A stretch of 64,000 bases of DNA, taken from assembly GCA_022710715.1 (NCBI GenBank), contig JAKLGJ010000001.1, positions 170,041 through 234,040 on the forward strand. Reading direction: 5' to 3'. The translations under genes and the position numbers were made by a program. This DNA is from Candidatus Omnitrophota bacterium (lineage in GTDB: Bacteria > Omnitrophota > Gorgyraeia > Gygaellales > Profunditerraquicolaceae). Below are positions 26,229 to 36,731 of this stretch, in pieces. Position 1 is the first letter of the stretch, and each line of letters starts with the position of its first letter. The notes below the pieces were generated by a model. It saw nothing but the letters and a program-made list of their open reading frames with translations, searched no databases and was not told the DNA's origin.

Positions 26229-27266
26229 ATGAAGATTATCGTCGATGCGATGGGAGGCGATTATGCCCCGGATGTGGTGGTTGAGGGCGCGATCGCCGCA
26301 GTCAAGGAATACGGCGTAGAAATAATACTGGTGGGGGATGAGACCAAGGTCAACGCTTTGCTTAAAAAAGCGTCTTTTCACTCCCCGAAGATCAGCGTAT
26401 ATCCGTCTACCGAAGTGATCGAAATGCACGATTCTCCCGCGGTGAGCGTGCGCCGCAAACGGAATTCTTCGATCGTCGTGGGGTTGAAGCTGGTTAAAGA
26501 AGGCAAGGCAGACGCTTTTGTCAGCGCCGGGAATACCGGGGCTGCGGTCTGTGCCGCTACCCTGACGCTGGGCCTGTTGCCCGGCGTGGGGCGTCCGGGT
26601 ATCGCTACGGTCATGCCCAGCCTCAAAGGTTGTTTTCTGGTCATCGACGTCGGCGCAAATATCGATCCCAAACCGATCCATATGCTGCAATACGGGATTA
26701 TGGCGCACATCTATTGCGTGGATATTCTCAATAAGCCTAATCCTTCGGTGGGATTGCTCAATGTCGGGGAAGAGGAGAGCAAGGGTACGGATTTCCTCAA
26801 GGAATCCTACGAGCTGCTTTCCAAAAGCCATCTGAATTTCATCGGTAATGTAGAAGGAAAGCATCTGTTTTCCGGCGAGTGCGATATTATCATCTGTGAC
26901 GGTTTCGTGGGTAATGTCACCCTGAAGGTCACCGAATCCCTTGCGGAAGCCATGCAGACGTTCCTTAAACGGCATATTTTAAGCAGTCCGCTGGGCATCC
27001 TCGGCGCCTTGATGCTTAAACCCAGTTTCAGGCGTTTCAAGAAAGAAATAGATTACTCCGAATACGGCGGAGCTCCTTTGCTGGGCGTCAACGGGGTCAC
27101 GATCATCGGACACGGCCGCTCCAACGCTTACGCTATCAAGAACGCCATCAGAGTCGCCAGGAAAGAAGTGGAGCATAAATTTATCGAGAAACTTCTGACG
27201 GCGATCGAAGCGGAAAAAGCCGGAGCTCCTGCAAACAACGGGGATATAGACCGGTCGAGCAACTGA
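26229..27266 (+). CDS. plsX: Phosphate acyltransferase PlsX
   Basis: MKIIVDAMGGDYAP... full-length homology pattern. Confidence 0.9.
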   Translation: MKIIVDAMGGDYAPDVVVEGAIAAVKEYGVEIILVGDETKVNALLKKASFHSPKISVYPSTEVIEMHDSPAVSVRRKRNSSIVVGLKLVKEGKADAFVSAGNTGAAVCAATLTLGLLPGVGRPGIATVMPSLKGCFLVIDVGANIDPKPIHMLQYGIMAHIYCVDILNKPNPSVGLLNVGEEESKGTDFLKESYELLSKSHLNFIGNVEGKHLFSGECDIIICDGFVGNVTLKVTESLAEAMQTFLKRHILSSPLGILGALMLKPSFRRFKKEIDYSEYGGAPLLGVNGVTIIGHGRSNAYAIKNAIRVARKEVEHKFIEKLLTAIEAEKAGAPANNGDIDRSSN

Positions 27267-27291
27267 TTTTTTAATTACAAGGCAGGATACT

Positions 27292-28269
27292 ATGAAGAAA
27301 GTCGGTATTATCGGAGTGGGTGAATATCTGCCGGAGAAGATCCTGACCAACGCCGATCTGGAAAAAATGGTTGAGACTTCCGACGAGTGGATCACTACCC
27401 GCACCGGGATAAAAGAACGTCATATCGCGGCAAAAACCGAGGCTACCAGCGATCTGGCGACCAGGGCCGCCAGAGAGGCGCTCAAAGATGCGGACCTTAA
27501 GGCTGAAGATATCGATTTGATCATCGTGGCGACCGTTACTCCGGATATGCAGCTTCCGGCTACCGCCTGTTTTGTCCAGGCGAACCTGGGCGCGAAAAAA
27601 GCGATGTGTTTTGATGTTTCCGCCGCCTGCGCCGGGTTTATCTATGCCATGACTGTCGCGCACCAGTTCATTGCCCGGGGCACCTGTAAAAACGCTTTGA
27701 TCATCGGCGCGGAAAAACTTTCGTCCATTACCGATTGGCAGGACCGCAGCACCTGCGTTTTGTTCGGCGACGGCGCCGGCGCGGTCGTGCTGGGTGAAGT
27801 CAAGTCCGGCGGTATCCTCTCGACGTATCTGGGCAGCGACGGGCATCTGACCGGGTTGTTGAATGTTCCGGCCGGCGGTTCGCGTCAGCCTTTTTCCAAA
27901 GAGGTGATGGAAAAACGGCAGAATTTCATCAAGATGGAAGGCAACGAGGTTTTCAAGATCGCGGTGATGAGTATGGCTGAAGCCGGCCAGATCGCTTTGA
28001 AAAAAGCCGATCTGAAATGCCAGGACGTAAACTGGATCATCCCGCATCAGGCTAATCTGCGCATTATCAATGCCGTGAGCAAACGCCTGGGGTTTGCCAA
28101 TGCCCAGGTATATCTTAATATAGAAAAGTGCGGCAATATGTCTTCGGCGTCCACTGCTACCGCTCTGGTAGAAGCCGTCAAAGCGGACAAGATCAAGAAG
28201 GGTGAAGTTGTCATGCTGGTGGCGTTCGGCGCGGGCCTGGTATGGGGCTCGGTCATTATCAAGTGGTAG
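27292..28269 (+). CDS. fabH: 3-oxoacyl-ACP synthase III
   Basis: Active-site context SAACAGF, HQANxRI, GNMSSAS. Confidence 0.9.
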   Translation: MKKVGIIGVGEYLPEKILTNADLEKMVETSDEWITTRTGIKERHIAAKTEATSDLATRAAREALKDADLKAEDIDLIIVATVTPDMQLPATACFVQANLGAKKAMCFDVSAACAGFIYAMTVAHQFIARGTCKNALIIGAEKLSSITDWQDRSTCVLFGDGAGAVVLGEVKSGGILSTYLGSDGHLTGLLNVPAGGSRQPFSKEVMEKRQNFIKMEGNEVFKIAVMSMAEAGQIALKKADLKCQDVNWIIPHQANLRIINAVSKRLGFANAQVYLNIEKCGNMSSASTATALVEAVKADKIKKGEVVMLVAFGAGLVWGSVIIKW

Positions 28270-28280
28270 GCGGAAACAAC

Positions 28281-29198
28281 ATGGAAAGAATCGCTTTTTT
28301 GTTCGCCGGACAGGGCTCGCAATCTGTGGGCATGGGAAAAGACCTGTATGAGTCTTTTCCGGCCAGCAAGGCAGTTTTTGATACGGCCTGCGCGGTGCTG
28401 GGATTTGATATCAGGCAGCTTTGTTTTGAGGGGCCGCTGGACAAGCTGAAACCCACGGTTATTTCCCAGCCGGCGATCGTCACCACCACTATCGCCGCAT
28501 TTGAAGCCTGTAAGAGCGCACGTGCCCTGACGCCGTCTTTCGGGGCGGGATTGAGCCTGGGTGAATACACCGCGTTGATTGCCGCCGGCGCATTGAGCCT
28601 GGAAGACGGCATCAAACTGGTGAAACGCCGCGGTGAGATCATGGAAGCGGCGGCCAGGAAACGGCCGGGGAAAATGGCGGCGATTATTGACCTGCCTTTG
28701 GAGAAGATCCGGGAGATCTGCCGGAAATCCGGCGCTGCGGTGGCGAACTTAAATTGTCCCGGACAGGTGATTATCTCCGGAACGCCGGAATCGGTGGATA
28801 CGGCTAAAGCGCAGTGCCAGGCCGCAGGCGCAAAACGGGTCCTGGAACTGGAAGTCAGCGGCGGATTTCACTCGCCCCTGATGTTTGAGGCTTCCGGGGA
28901 ACTCAAAAATGAGCTGGAAGCGATGCATATGTCTGCGCCGCGATTTCCCATTGTCAGCAATTACGGCGCGGCAGCCGAGACCAGGACGGCGGAGATCAAA
29001 CAGAACCTGGTTTACCAGATGTACTCCGAAGTACGCTGGGAGGAGTCGGTGCGTTCTATGCTGGCCCAGGGCGTGACTACATTCTACGAGTTCGGGCCGG
29101 GAAGAGTTTTAAAAGGCCTGATGCGTAAGATCGATGCCGACGCGCAGGTGGTAACCATAGAGAAGAAGGACGATATCCTGAAGCTTGCGGCAGGTTAA
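28281..29198 (+). CDS. fabD: Malonyl-CoA:ACP transacylase
   Basis: MERIAFLFAGQGSQ...GLSLGEYTAL (GxSxG). ATG 28281 directly follows the fabH stop. Confidence 0.9.
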   Translation: MERIAFLFAGQGSQSVGMGKDLYESFPASKAVFDTACAVLGFDIRQLCFEGPLDKLKPTVISQPAIVTTTIAAFEACKSARALTPSFGAGLSLGEYTALIAAGALSLEDGIKLVKRRGEIMEAAARKRPGKMAAIIDLPLEKIREICRKSGAAVANLNCPGQVIISGTPESVDTAKAQCQAAGAKRVLELEVSGGFHSPLMFEASGELKNELEAMHMSAPRFPIVSNYGAAAETRTAEIKQNLVYQMYSEVRWEESVRSMLAQGVTTFYEFGPGRVLKGLMRKIDADAQVVTIEKKDDILKLAAG

Positions 29199-29213
29199 AC
29201 GGAGGTTGGAAGA

Positions 29214-29957
29214 ATGAGATTGGAAGGAAAAGTGGCGTTGGTTACGGGGGGGGCGCGGGGGATCGGTCGCGAGATAGCGCTTGCCTTTGCCCGCGAAGGC
29301 GCGGATCTGGTCATCTGGGATGTGAATCCGCAGGAAAGCGAGAAAACCTGTAAAGACATAGAATCTTTAGGCAGGAAAACCCTTTCAGACCAGATAGATG
29401 TGACAGATTATGCGAAGGTCGAAGAGGGTATCAATAAAATTCTTGACAAATTAGGGAAGATTGATATATTAGTAAACAATGCAGGGATTACCAAGGATAA
29501 TCTCCTGCTGCGCATGAGCCAGCAGGAGTGGGACGCGGTAATCAATGTCAATCTCAAGGGCACGTTTAACTGTACCAAGGCGGTTTTTCGCCCCTTGAGC
29601 AAACTGCGCTACGGCAAGATAATCAATATCGCTTCGATCATTGGCATTATCGGTAATTACGGACAGGCAAATTACGCTGCTTCCAAAGCGGGGATTATCG
29701 CGCTGACTAAAACAGCGGCCAAGGAACTTGCTTCCCGCAATGTGAACGTCAATGCTATCGCTCCGGGGTTTATCCAGACCGAGATGACCGCCAAACTTCC
29801 GGAAGAGGTAAAGAAGAAGATGCTCGAGGCTATTCCCATGGCGAAACTGGGAACGCCTCAAGATGTTGCGAACGCCTGTTTATTTCTGGCTTCGAACGAA
29901 TCTGATTATATCACCGGCCAGACAATCGTCGTGGACGGTGGCATGGTAATGGTCTAA
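29214..29957 (+). CDS. fabG: 3-oxoacyl-ACP reductase
   Basis: TGGARGIG...NNAGI...YxxxK short-chain dehydrogenase signature. Confidence 0.9.
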   Translation: MRLEGKVALVTGGARGIGREIALAFAREGADLVIWDVNPQESEKTCKDIESLGRKTLSDQIDVTDYAKVEEGINKILDKLGKIDILVNNAGITKDNLLLRMSQQEWDAVINVNLKGTFNCTKAVFRPLSKLRYGKIINIASIIGIIGNYGQANYAASKAGIIALTKTAAKELASRNVNVNAIAPGFIQTEMTAKLPEEVKKKMLEAIPMAKLGTPQDVANACLFLASNESDYITGQTIVVDGGMVMV

Positions 29958-30029
29958 AAGAGTTAGTTATAACTACCCCGCCTGGTTGGGATTACCATTC
30001 AGGTGAGGGCAATTCAAGGAGGAACGAGC

Positions 30030-30269
30030 ATGGCAGTTGAAGAGAAGGTTAAATCCATAATCGCAGAGCAACTTGGTGTTAAGCTCGAAGAAGTCACTCC
30101 TGAGGCATCTTTTGTCGATGATCTCGGTGCGGATTCTCTGGATACCGTTGAATTGGTTATGGCATTCGAAGAAGAGTTCGGTATTGAGATTCCGGATGAA
30201 GACGCGGAAAAGATCACCAAAGTAGGGGATGCGGTTAAATATATAGAGGAAAAAACCGCCAATAAGTAG
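30030..30269 (+). CDS. acpP: Acyl carrier protein
   Basis: [21 protein letters not shown] (phosphopantetheine Ser in DSL). Confidence 0.9.
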   Translation: MAVEEKVKSIIAEQLGVKLEEVTPEASFVDDLGADSLDTVELVMAFEEEFGIEIPDEDAEKITKVGDAVKYIEEKTANK

Positions 30270-30355
30270 TCAGGATAAGATAGATGAAAGCGACCCCCCT
30301 TCATTTGCCAGGCAAATAAAGGGGGGTACGTTTTAATATACTACGGGCATACGCT

Positions 30356-31597
30356 ATGGATAGACGTGTAGTGGTGACAGGATTAGGAGTGATCGGCCCT
30401 CTGGGCAACGATGTGCCTTCTACCTGGAAGGCTTTACAGGAAGGGAAATCCGGAGTCGGGCCTTTAACTACCTTTGATGTTTCCTCCTACGAAGCCCGTA
30501 TAGCCGCGGAAGTCAAAGGATTCGATCCGACACTGTACAATATCGATAAAAAAGAAGCCCGGCGGCTGGAGAAATTCATCCAGTACGCGCTGGCCGGGAC
30601 CTATCAGGCGATCAAAGACTCCGGCCTGGACCTGGAAAAAGTGGATAAAGAGCGGGTCGGGGTGATCGTCGGCTCGGGTATCGGCAGCCTGCGCATTATC
30701 GAAGAGCAACATAAGATTTTGCTGGAAAAAGGACCGTCGCGGGTCACGCCGTTTCTCATTCCCATGCTTATCGTCAATGAAGCTGCGGGCAAGATCGCCA
30801 TCGATTACGGTTTTTACGGCCCGAATACCTGCGTGACTACTGCGTGCGCTTCAGGAAGCCATGCCATCGGGGACGCTTTCCGGGTCATTCAGCGCGGTGA
30901 CGCGGATGTAATGATCACCGGCGGAACGGAAAGCGCGATCACCACTATGGGCATCGCCGGTTTCTGCGCTTTAAAGGCGTTATCTTTGCGTAACGATGAG
31001 CCGACCAAAGCCAGCCGTCCGTTCGATAGAAACAGAGATGGATTTGTGATGGGAGAAGGCTCCGGTATCGTGGTCATGGAATCGCTTGAGTATGCCCAGA
31101 AACGCGGAGCGAAGATCTACGCGGAAATGATCGGTTTCGGCCAGTCCTGCGATGCCTATCACATTACCGCTCCCGACCCGGCCGGGTACGGGGCTTCTTT
31201 AGCCATGAAGTGGGCTTTACGGGACGGTCGGTTGAATCCGCAGGACGTCCAGTATATCAACGCTCACGGGACGTCCACCAAGCTCAACGATAAGGTGGAA
31301 ACCGAAGGGATCAAGAAAGCCCTGGGAGACCATGCCAGGAAAGTAATGATCAGCTCCACTAAATCCATGACCGGACATTTGCTGGGCGCGGCAGGCGGGT
31401 TGGAATTCGTTATTGCCTGTCTGGCGGTCAAGGAAGACATCATCCCGCCGACCATAAATTACGATGTGCCTGATCCGGAATGCGACCTGGATTATGTCCC
31501 CAATACCGCGCGTAAATGCCCGGTTTCCGTGGCCATGTCCAATTCGCTGGGTTTCGGCGGACATAACGCCACGCTGGTGGTCAAGAAATTTAAATAA
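30356..31597 (+). CDS. fabF: 3-oxoacyl-ACP synthase II
   Basis: Cys-His-His KAS II catalytic context ([23 protein letters not shown]). Confidence 0.9.
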   Translation: MDRRVVVTGLGVIGPLGNDVPSTWKALQEGKSGVGPLTTFDVSSYEARIAAEVKGFDPTLYNIDKKEARRLEKFIQYALAGTYQAIKDSGLDLEKVDKERVGVIVGSGIGSLRIIEEQHKILLEKGPSRVTPFLIPMLIVNEAAGKIAIDYGFYGPNTCVTTACASGSHAIGDAFRVIQRGDADVMITGGTESAITTMGIAGFCALKALSLRNDEPTKASRPFDRNRDGFVMGEGSGIVVMESLEYAQKRGAKIYAEMIGFGQSCDAYHITAPDPAGYGASLAMKWALRDGRLNPQDVQYINAHGTSTKLNDKVETEGIKKALGDHARKVMISSTKSMTGHLLGAAGGLEFVIACLAVKEDIIPPTINYDVPDPECDLDYVPNTARKCPVSVAMSNSLGFGGHNATLVVKKFK

Positions 31598-31632
31598 ACG
31601 CAAGGCATTCCTGCCTGATCGCACACTATCAT

Positions 31633-32928
31633 ATGGGATATACACTCGCGCAAAAAATTCTGCTGGCACACAGCGACAGCCCCACCGTTAATCCGGGCGA
31701 TTTCATCGAAGCCCGGGTGGATATCGCTCTGGGTAACGATATTACCGCGCCTCTGGCCATTGAGGAGTTCAAGAAGGCGGGGTTCAGCACGGTATTCGAC
31801 AGGACGAAAATCGTGCTGGTGCCCGATCATTTCGCTCCGGCCAAGGATCAGAAGAGCGCCAATCAGTGTAAAGTTCTGGAACAGTTTGCCGGCGAGCAGA
31901 AGATCAAGAATTATTTCGAAGTCGGCTGCATGGGCATCGAGCACGCGCTGCTGCCGGAGCAGGCGATCGTGCTGCCGGGTTATCTGATCATCGGCGCGGA
32001 TTCGCATACCTGTACCTACGGGGCCCTGGGCGCGTATTCCACCGGCGTGGGTTCGACCGATCTGGCCCGGGCTTTTGTGGACGGCAAGGTCTGGTTGAAG
32101 GTCCCGGAGAATATTAAATTCGTATTCAAGGGGAAGCTTAAGAAATGGGTCGGCGGCAAAGATCTCATCCTGCATACCATCGGACAGATCGGCGTGGACG
32201 GCGCTTTGTACGCCGCCATGGAGTTCTGCGGTCCGGTGATCGAGCGTTTGTCCATGGATGACCGGTTTTCCATGTCTAATATGGCTATCGAAGCCGGCGG
32301 CAGGGCGGGGCTTATCGCTGCCGATGAGACGACCTGGGAGTATGTCGGCCAGGCGCTTAAGACTGCTGGGTCGAAATGCTCGCTCGCCGCGTTAAAGAAA
32401 AAGAATCAGCCGCTGTATTCGGATAAAGACGCGCAGTACGCGAAAGTTCACGAATGGGATATCAGCGATCTGGAGCCGGTGGTTTCCTGCCCGCATCTGC
32501 CCAGCAACGTCAAACCGGCCAGTGAACTGGGTACCATTAAGCTTGATCAGGTGGTGATCGGTTCCTGCACGAACGGCAGGATTTCCGATCTGCGCATCGC
32601 CGCCAGAATAGTGAAAGGCAGAAAAGTCAAAGCCGGGCTGCGCTTGATCGTCATTCCGGCAACCCAGAAGATCTACCGGGAAGCGATCGCCGAAGGGCTG
32701 ACCGAGATTTTTGTCCGGGCCGGAGGCGTGGTGTCTACGCCCACCTGCGGTCCGTGTCTGGGCGGCCATGTCGGCATCCTGACCGAAGGCGAATCCTGTC
32801 TGGCCACGACCAACCGGAATTTCATCGGTAGGATGGGGTCGCCGAAATCGTTTGTCTATCTGTCCAACCCGGCAGTAGCCGCCGCTTCGGCGATAACCGG
32901 CAGGATCACTCACCCGGGAGCGCTATGA
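31633..32928 (+). CDS. leuC: 3-isopropylmalate dehydratase large subunit (aconitase-family, short archaeal-type LeuC)
   Basis: [10 protein letters not shown]...GSCTNGR...aconitase Fe-S Cys ligands; followed by leuD and leuB. Confidence 0.8.
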   Translation: MGYTLAQKILLAHSDSPTVNPGDFIEARVDIALGNDITAPLAIEEFKKAGFSTVFDRTKIVLVPDHFAPAKDQKSANQCKVLEQFAGEQKIKNYFEVGCMGIEHALLPEQAIVLPGYLIIGADSHTCTYGALGAYSTGVGSTDLARAFVDGKVWLKVPENIKFVFKGKLKKWVGGKDLILHTIGQIGVDGALYAAMEFCGPVIERLSMDDRFSMSNMAIEAGGRAGLIAADETTWEYVGQALKTAGSKCSLAALKKKNQPLYSDKDAQYAKVHEWDISDLEPVVSCPHLPSNVKPASELGTIKLDQVVIGSCTNGRISDLRIAARIVKGRKVKAGLRLIVIPATQKIYREAIAEGLTEIFVRAGGVVSTPTCGPCLGGHVGILTEGESCLATTNRNFIGRMGSPKSFVYLSNPAVAAASAITGRITHPGAL

Positions 32929-33410
32929 TCATCAAAGGCACCGTGCATAAACTGGGGGATGATATAAACACCGACGACATCATTGCCGCCAAGTACCTGG
33001 TGTCCACCGACGCCAAAGAGCTGGGCAAGCATTGCATGGAGTCGGTCAATTTTGATTTCGTCAGCAGGGTCAAAGAAGGCGACATTATCGTTGCCGGGAA
33101 AAATTTCGGCTGCGGATCGTCGCGCGAACACGCGCCTCTGGCGATAAAGGGCTGCGGTATCCGCGCGGTGCTGGCCAGGAGCTTCGCGGCGATATTTTTC
33201 CGCAATGCAATCAATATCGGGTTGCCTTTTCTGGCGTCCGATGATATCGACAAGATCGCCGACGGAGATCAGCTGGAGATCGATCTGTCCAGCGGCGTGA
33301 TCAGGAACCTGACCAGGAAGCAGACTTATAAGACCCAGGCGTTTCCGCCGTTTTTGCAGACGCTGGTGCAAAAAGGCGGACTGATGAATTATATCAAGCA
33401 GAAAAAGTGA
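32925..33410 (+). CDS. leuD: 3-isopropylmalate dehydratase small subunit
   Basis: [14 protein letters not shown] swivel-domain motif. Confidence 0.8.
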   Translation: MIIKGTVHKLGDDINTDDIIAAKYLVSTDAKELGKHCMESVNFDFVSRVKEGDIIVAGKNFGCGSSREHAPLAIKGCGIRAVLARSFAAIFFRNAINIGLPFLASDDIDKIADGDQLEIDLSSGVIRNLTRKQTYKTQAFPPFLQTLVQKGGLMNYIKQKK

Positions 33411-33487
33411 CACCGACTTAAAAAGTTGCACGCCCGACGCAGATCGGTAGTGCGTCGGCGTTGCCTCTGTAGGCAAGGAGACTCGCT

Positions 33488-34537
33488 ATGTATAAGATCG
33501 CGGTGATACCCGGCGACGGCACCGGCCCGGAAGTTGTAGCCGAAGGGATGAAAGTCCTGGAAGCCGCCGGCAGGAAATTCGGGTTCAAGTATGAGGCCAC
33601 CACTTTTGATTTCGGGGGCGCGCGGTTTTTAAAGACCGGCAAGACCCTGGATGAAGGCGATATCGCGGAGTTGAGGAAGTATTCGGCGATTTTTTTAGGC
33701 GCTATCGGCCATCCGGACGTCAAACCCGGCATCCTGGAAACGGGGATATTGCTCAAACTGCGGTTTTCCCTCGATCAGTATATTAACCTGCGTCCGGTGA
33801 AGCTGTATAATCCGGCTTTCTGCCCGCTCAAGGATAAGAAGCCCGAAGATATCGATTTTGTGGTGGTGCGCGAGAATTCCGAAGGCCTCTATAAGGGCAT
33901 GGGCGAATTCAAAGACAAAGGGACCAAAGACGAGGTCGCCCTGCAGATCTCTTACAATACCCGCAAGGGCGTGGAACGCTGTATCCGTTACGCGTTCGAC
34001 TATTGCCGCAAGCGCAACAAGCGCAAGAAGCTGACGTTATGCGGAAAGACCAATGTCCTGACCTATGCGTTCGACCTCTGGGAACGGACCTTCTACGAAG
34101 TGGCCAAAGAATATCCGGATATCACCACCGACTACGCGCACGTTGACGCGACGACGATGTGGTTTGTGAAGAATCCGGAATGGTTCGACGTGATCGTCAC
34201 CGATAATCTGTTCGGGGATATCATTACCGATCTGGGCGCGATGATCCAGGGGGGAATGGGTATCGCCGCGGGCGGCAACATCAATCCGCAGGGCGTTTCC
34301 ATGTTCGAGCCCATCGGCGGAAGCGCGCCGAAATATACCGGAAAGAACGTGATCAATCCGCTGGCGGCGATCTGCGCGGCCGGGATGATGCTCGGGAATC
34401 TGGGTGAGACCCGGGCGGCACAGGCGATCGAACGGACGGTGATCGATATCACCGCCACAAAACTGAAGTCGCTGGCTGCGGGGAAGATGGGGTATTCCAC
34501 GCAGGAGATCGGCGACCTGGTGGTCAAGGGGCTCTAA
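33488..34537 (+). CDS. leuB: 3-isopropylmalate dehydrogenase
   Basis: MYKIAVIPGDGTGPEV...NLFGDIITD. Confidence 0.85.
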   Translation: MYKIAVIPGDGTGPEVVAEGMKVLEAAGRKFGFKYEATTFDFGGARFLKTGKTLDEGDIAELRKYSAIFLGAIGHPDVKPGILETGILLKLRFSLDQYINLRPVKLYNPAFCPLKDKKPEDIDFVVVRENSEGLYKGMGEFKDKGTKDEVALQISYNTRKGVERCIRYAFDYCRKRNKRKKLTLCGKTNVLTYAFDLWERTFYEVAKEYPDITTDYAHVDATTMWFVKNPEWFDVIVTDNLFGDIITDLGAMIQGGMGIAAGGNINPQGVSMFEPIGGSAPKYTGKNVINPLAAICAAGMMLGNLGETRAAQAIERTVIDITATKLKSLAAGKMGYSTQEIGDLVVKGL

Positions 34538-34540
34538 CCT

Positions 34541-34897
34541 ATGGTGCCAAAACCGTATTTTATTCTTTTTTCCGTTGCCATGAGTCTGGGCGCCGCGGTT
34601 GTCCTGCTAACCGGGGGATTTTTCATTGACGGTCTGCGCAGGGTGTTCAGGCAATACCGCCTGGCGCGGGGGTATGAAAAAGAGGGGAACTGGCGGGCAG
34701 CCTGTTACTATTACGCACTGGTGGCGCTCAACAGCGAGCATTTCTGCGAAAGCTGCGCCACGCGGGTGAAAACCCTGTGGAAACAGTACGGGCCGTTCGA
34801 TTACGGCGACATCAAAGCGCAACTGTTGCGCAGCCCCAAGTACGCGCAGGGCTGCATACAGACCGTGGCGGAGATCGATAAACTGGTAACGCATTAA
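34541..34897 (+). CDS. Hypothetical protein with N-terminal TM helix
   Basis: ORF with hydrophobic N-terminus; no recognisable domain. Confidence 0.35.
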   Translation: MVPKPYFILFSVAMSLGAAVVLLTGGFFIDGLRRVFRQYRLARGYEKEGNWRAACYYYALVALNSEHFCESCATRVKTLWKQYGPFDYGDIKAQLLRSPKYAQGCIQTVAEIDKLVTH

Positions 34898-34939
34898 CGG
34901 CCTGTCTGAAGGCAGGAATAGAAGAGGAGTTATAAGCAG

Positions 34940-35965
34940 ATGAAAAAATTCAATGTGGCGGTGGTGGGCGCGGGCGCGGTAGGCATCGAAATGCTGCGCT
35001 CTTTGAAGAAACTGAATTTCCCCGTCAATGAGTTGCGCGTGCTGGCGCGTTCGTCGCGGGCGATGGAAGTCGACGGCGATATCTATCAGGTCAAAGCCAT
35101 AGCTCCCGAGGAATTCGACGGGATCGATATCGCGCTTTTCGCCGGGACCGAAGGCGAAAAGGGCGCGGCTGTCAGCTTCGCTCCGGAAGCGGTGAAACGC
35201 GGCGCGGTGGTTATCGATAACGGCGCGGATTTTCGCATGGCGCCTGACGTTCCGCTGGTCGTTCCGGAGGTCAATGCCAGGGACATCAAAAAACACAAGG
35301 GGATCATCGCCAATCCCAATTGTTCGACCATACAGATGGTTGTGGCTTTGAATCCCATCTATAAGAAAGTCGGGATCAAGCGGGTGATCGTCACCACTTT
35401 GCAGGCTTCTTCCGGCGCGGGGAAAGCCGCGGTCGATCAGTTGAAGGAAGAACTGAAGCAGATCGCCGCTTCGGATTACCAGAACGTGCACGCCGCCGTG
35501 GCCAACAAGGCCATGCCGCAGCAACTGGCTTATAACGTCTTTCCGCAGATCGGGGGGTTTGCGGATTTCGATTATACTTCCGAAGAATGGAAGCTGGTCA
35601 AAGAAACCCACAAGATCATCGGCGATAAAAAGATCAAACTGTCCGCGACCACAGTGCGCGTTCCCGTGCGCACCGGCCATTCCGAGTCGGTGTATATCGA
35701 AACCGGAAAACCCATCGAGCCGGAGAAAGTCAAGGCGCTGTTAAGGAAGTCTCCCGGTATTATCGTTATCGATGATCCGAAGCAGGGTTTGTATCCCATG
35801 CCCAAGGACGTCGAAGGCAAAGGCGAGACTTTTGTCGGGCGTATCCGTAAAGATCCTTTTGTCAAAAACGGCCTCTGGCTGTGGGTTGTCGCGGATAACC
35901 TGCTTAAGGGCGCCGCCTATAATGCCGTTCAGATCGCTGAAGAAGTGATCAAACTCAAGAAATAG
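34940..35965 (+). CDS. asd: Aspartate-semialdehyde dehydrogenase
   Basis: VVGAGAVG...NPNCSTIQMVVAL (active-site Cys). Confidence 0.9.
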   Translation: MKKFNVAVVGAGAVGIEMLRSLKKLNFPVNELRVLARSSRAMEVDGDIYQVKAIAPEEFDGIDIALFAGTEGEKGAAVSFAPEAVKRGAVVIDNGADFRMAPDVPLVVPEVNARDIKKHKGIIANPNCSTIQMVVALNPIYKKVGIKRVIVTTLQASSGAGKAAVDQLKEELKQIAASDYQNVHAAVANKAMPQQLAYNVFPQIGGFADFDYTSEEWKLVKETHKIIGDKKIKLSATTVRVPVRTGHSESVYIETGKPIEPEKVKALLRKSPGIIVIDDPKQGLYPMPKDVEGKGETFVGRIRKDPFVKNGLWLWVVADNLLKGAAYNAVQIAEEVIKLKK

Positions 35966-35975
35966 GCGCGCGGGT

Positions 35976-36731
35976 ATGCGTAACATCCGGCTGACCCTTC
36001 AATATGACGGGACCGCATATCAGGGGTGGCAGCGGCAAAAGACTTCCCGCCGGACCCTGGAAGAAGTGCTTACCCGGGTGATCAAAGAAACTATCGGCGA
36101 AAAAGTGCGTTTGAATGCGGCCAGCCGCACCGACGCCGGTGTGCATGCCCGGGCCCAGATCGTGAATTTCAAGACGCAGACAAACATCCCCCCGGGGAAC
36201 CTGCGGCTTGCCTTGAATGCGCGCCTGCCCGATGATATTCGCGTTACGAACGTCCGCGACGTCCCCCTGGAGTTCCACAGCCGCTACCACGCGGTTTCCA
36301 AAACATACCGTTATACTATCCTTAACCGCCGTTATCACGATGTTTTCCAGCAGCGCTACGTATATCAGTATTGGCTGGCGCGCCTCGATATTCCGGCTAT
36401 GCGCAGGGCCGCGCGATTGCTGGTGGGCAAACACGACTTTTTCTCGTTCAAACGCACCGACGCCCGGCAGATCTCGACGGTGCGCACGCTCACGCGTATC
36501 GCCATTTCGCGCAGGGGCGATTTTATCCATATCGACTTTACCGGCCAGGGGTTTCTTTACAATATGGTCAGGAATATCGTGGGTACACTGATAGAGATCG
36601 GCAGGGGAAAGATGGACGTGCAGGAGATCCGCAGCATCCTCTGCGCCAGGAACCGGAAAGCCGCCGGGCCGACTGCTCCGGCCTGCGGTTTATGCCTGGT
36701 ACACATTCGCCATAAACATGCCGCGAAATAA
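35976..36731 (+). CDS. truA: tRNA pseudouridine(38-40) synthase
   Basis: LQYDGTAYQGWQRQ...RTDAGVHA (catalytic Asp). Confidence 0.9.
   Translation: MRNIRLTLQYDGTAYQGWQRQKTSRRTLEEVLTRVIKETIGEKVRLNAASRTDAGVHARAQIVNFKTQTNIPPGNLRLALNARLPDDIRVTNVRDVPLEFHSRYHAVSKTYRYTILNRRYHDVFQQRYVYQYWLARLDIPAMRRAARLLVGKHDFFSFKRTDARQISTVRTLTRIAISRRGDFIHIDFTGQGFLYNMVRNIVGTLIEIGRGKMDVQEIRSILCARNRKAAGPTAPACGLCLVHIRHKHAAK

Noticed and set aside
26217-26975. 252-aa minus-strand ORF
   Set aside because: Antisense to plsX, which has a full-length convincing PlsX translation.
34607-35680. 357-aa minus-strand ORF
   Set aside because: Antisense to asd and the upstream hypothetical gene; no start or RBS context.
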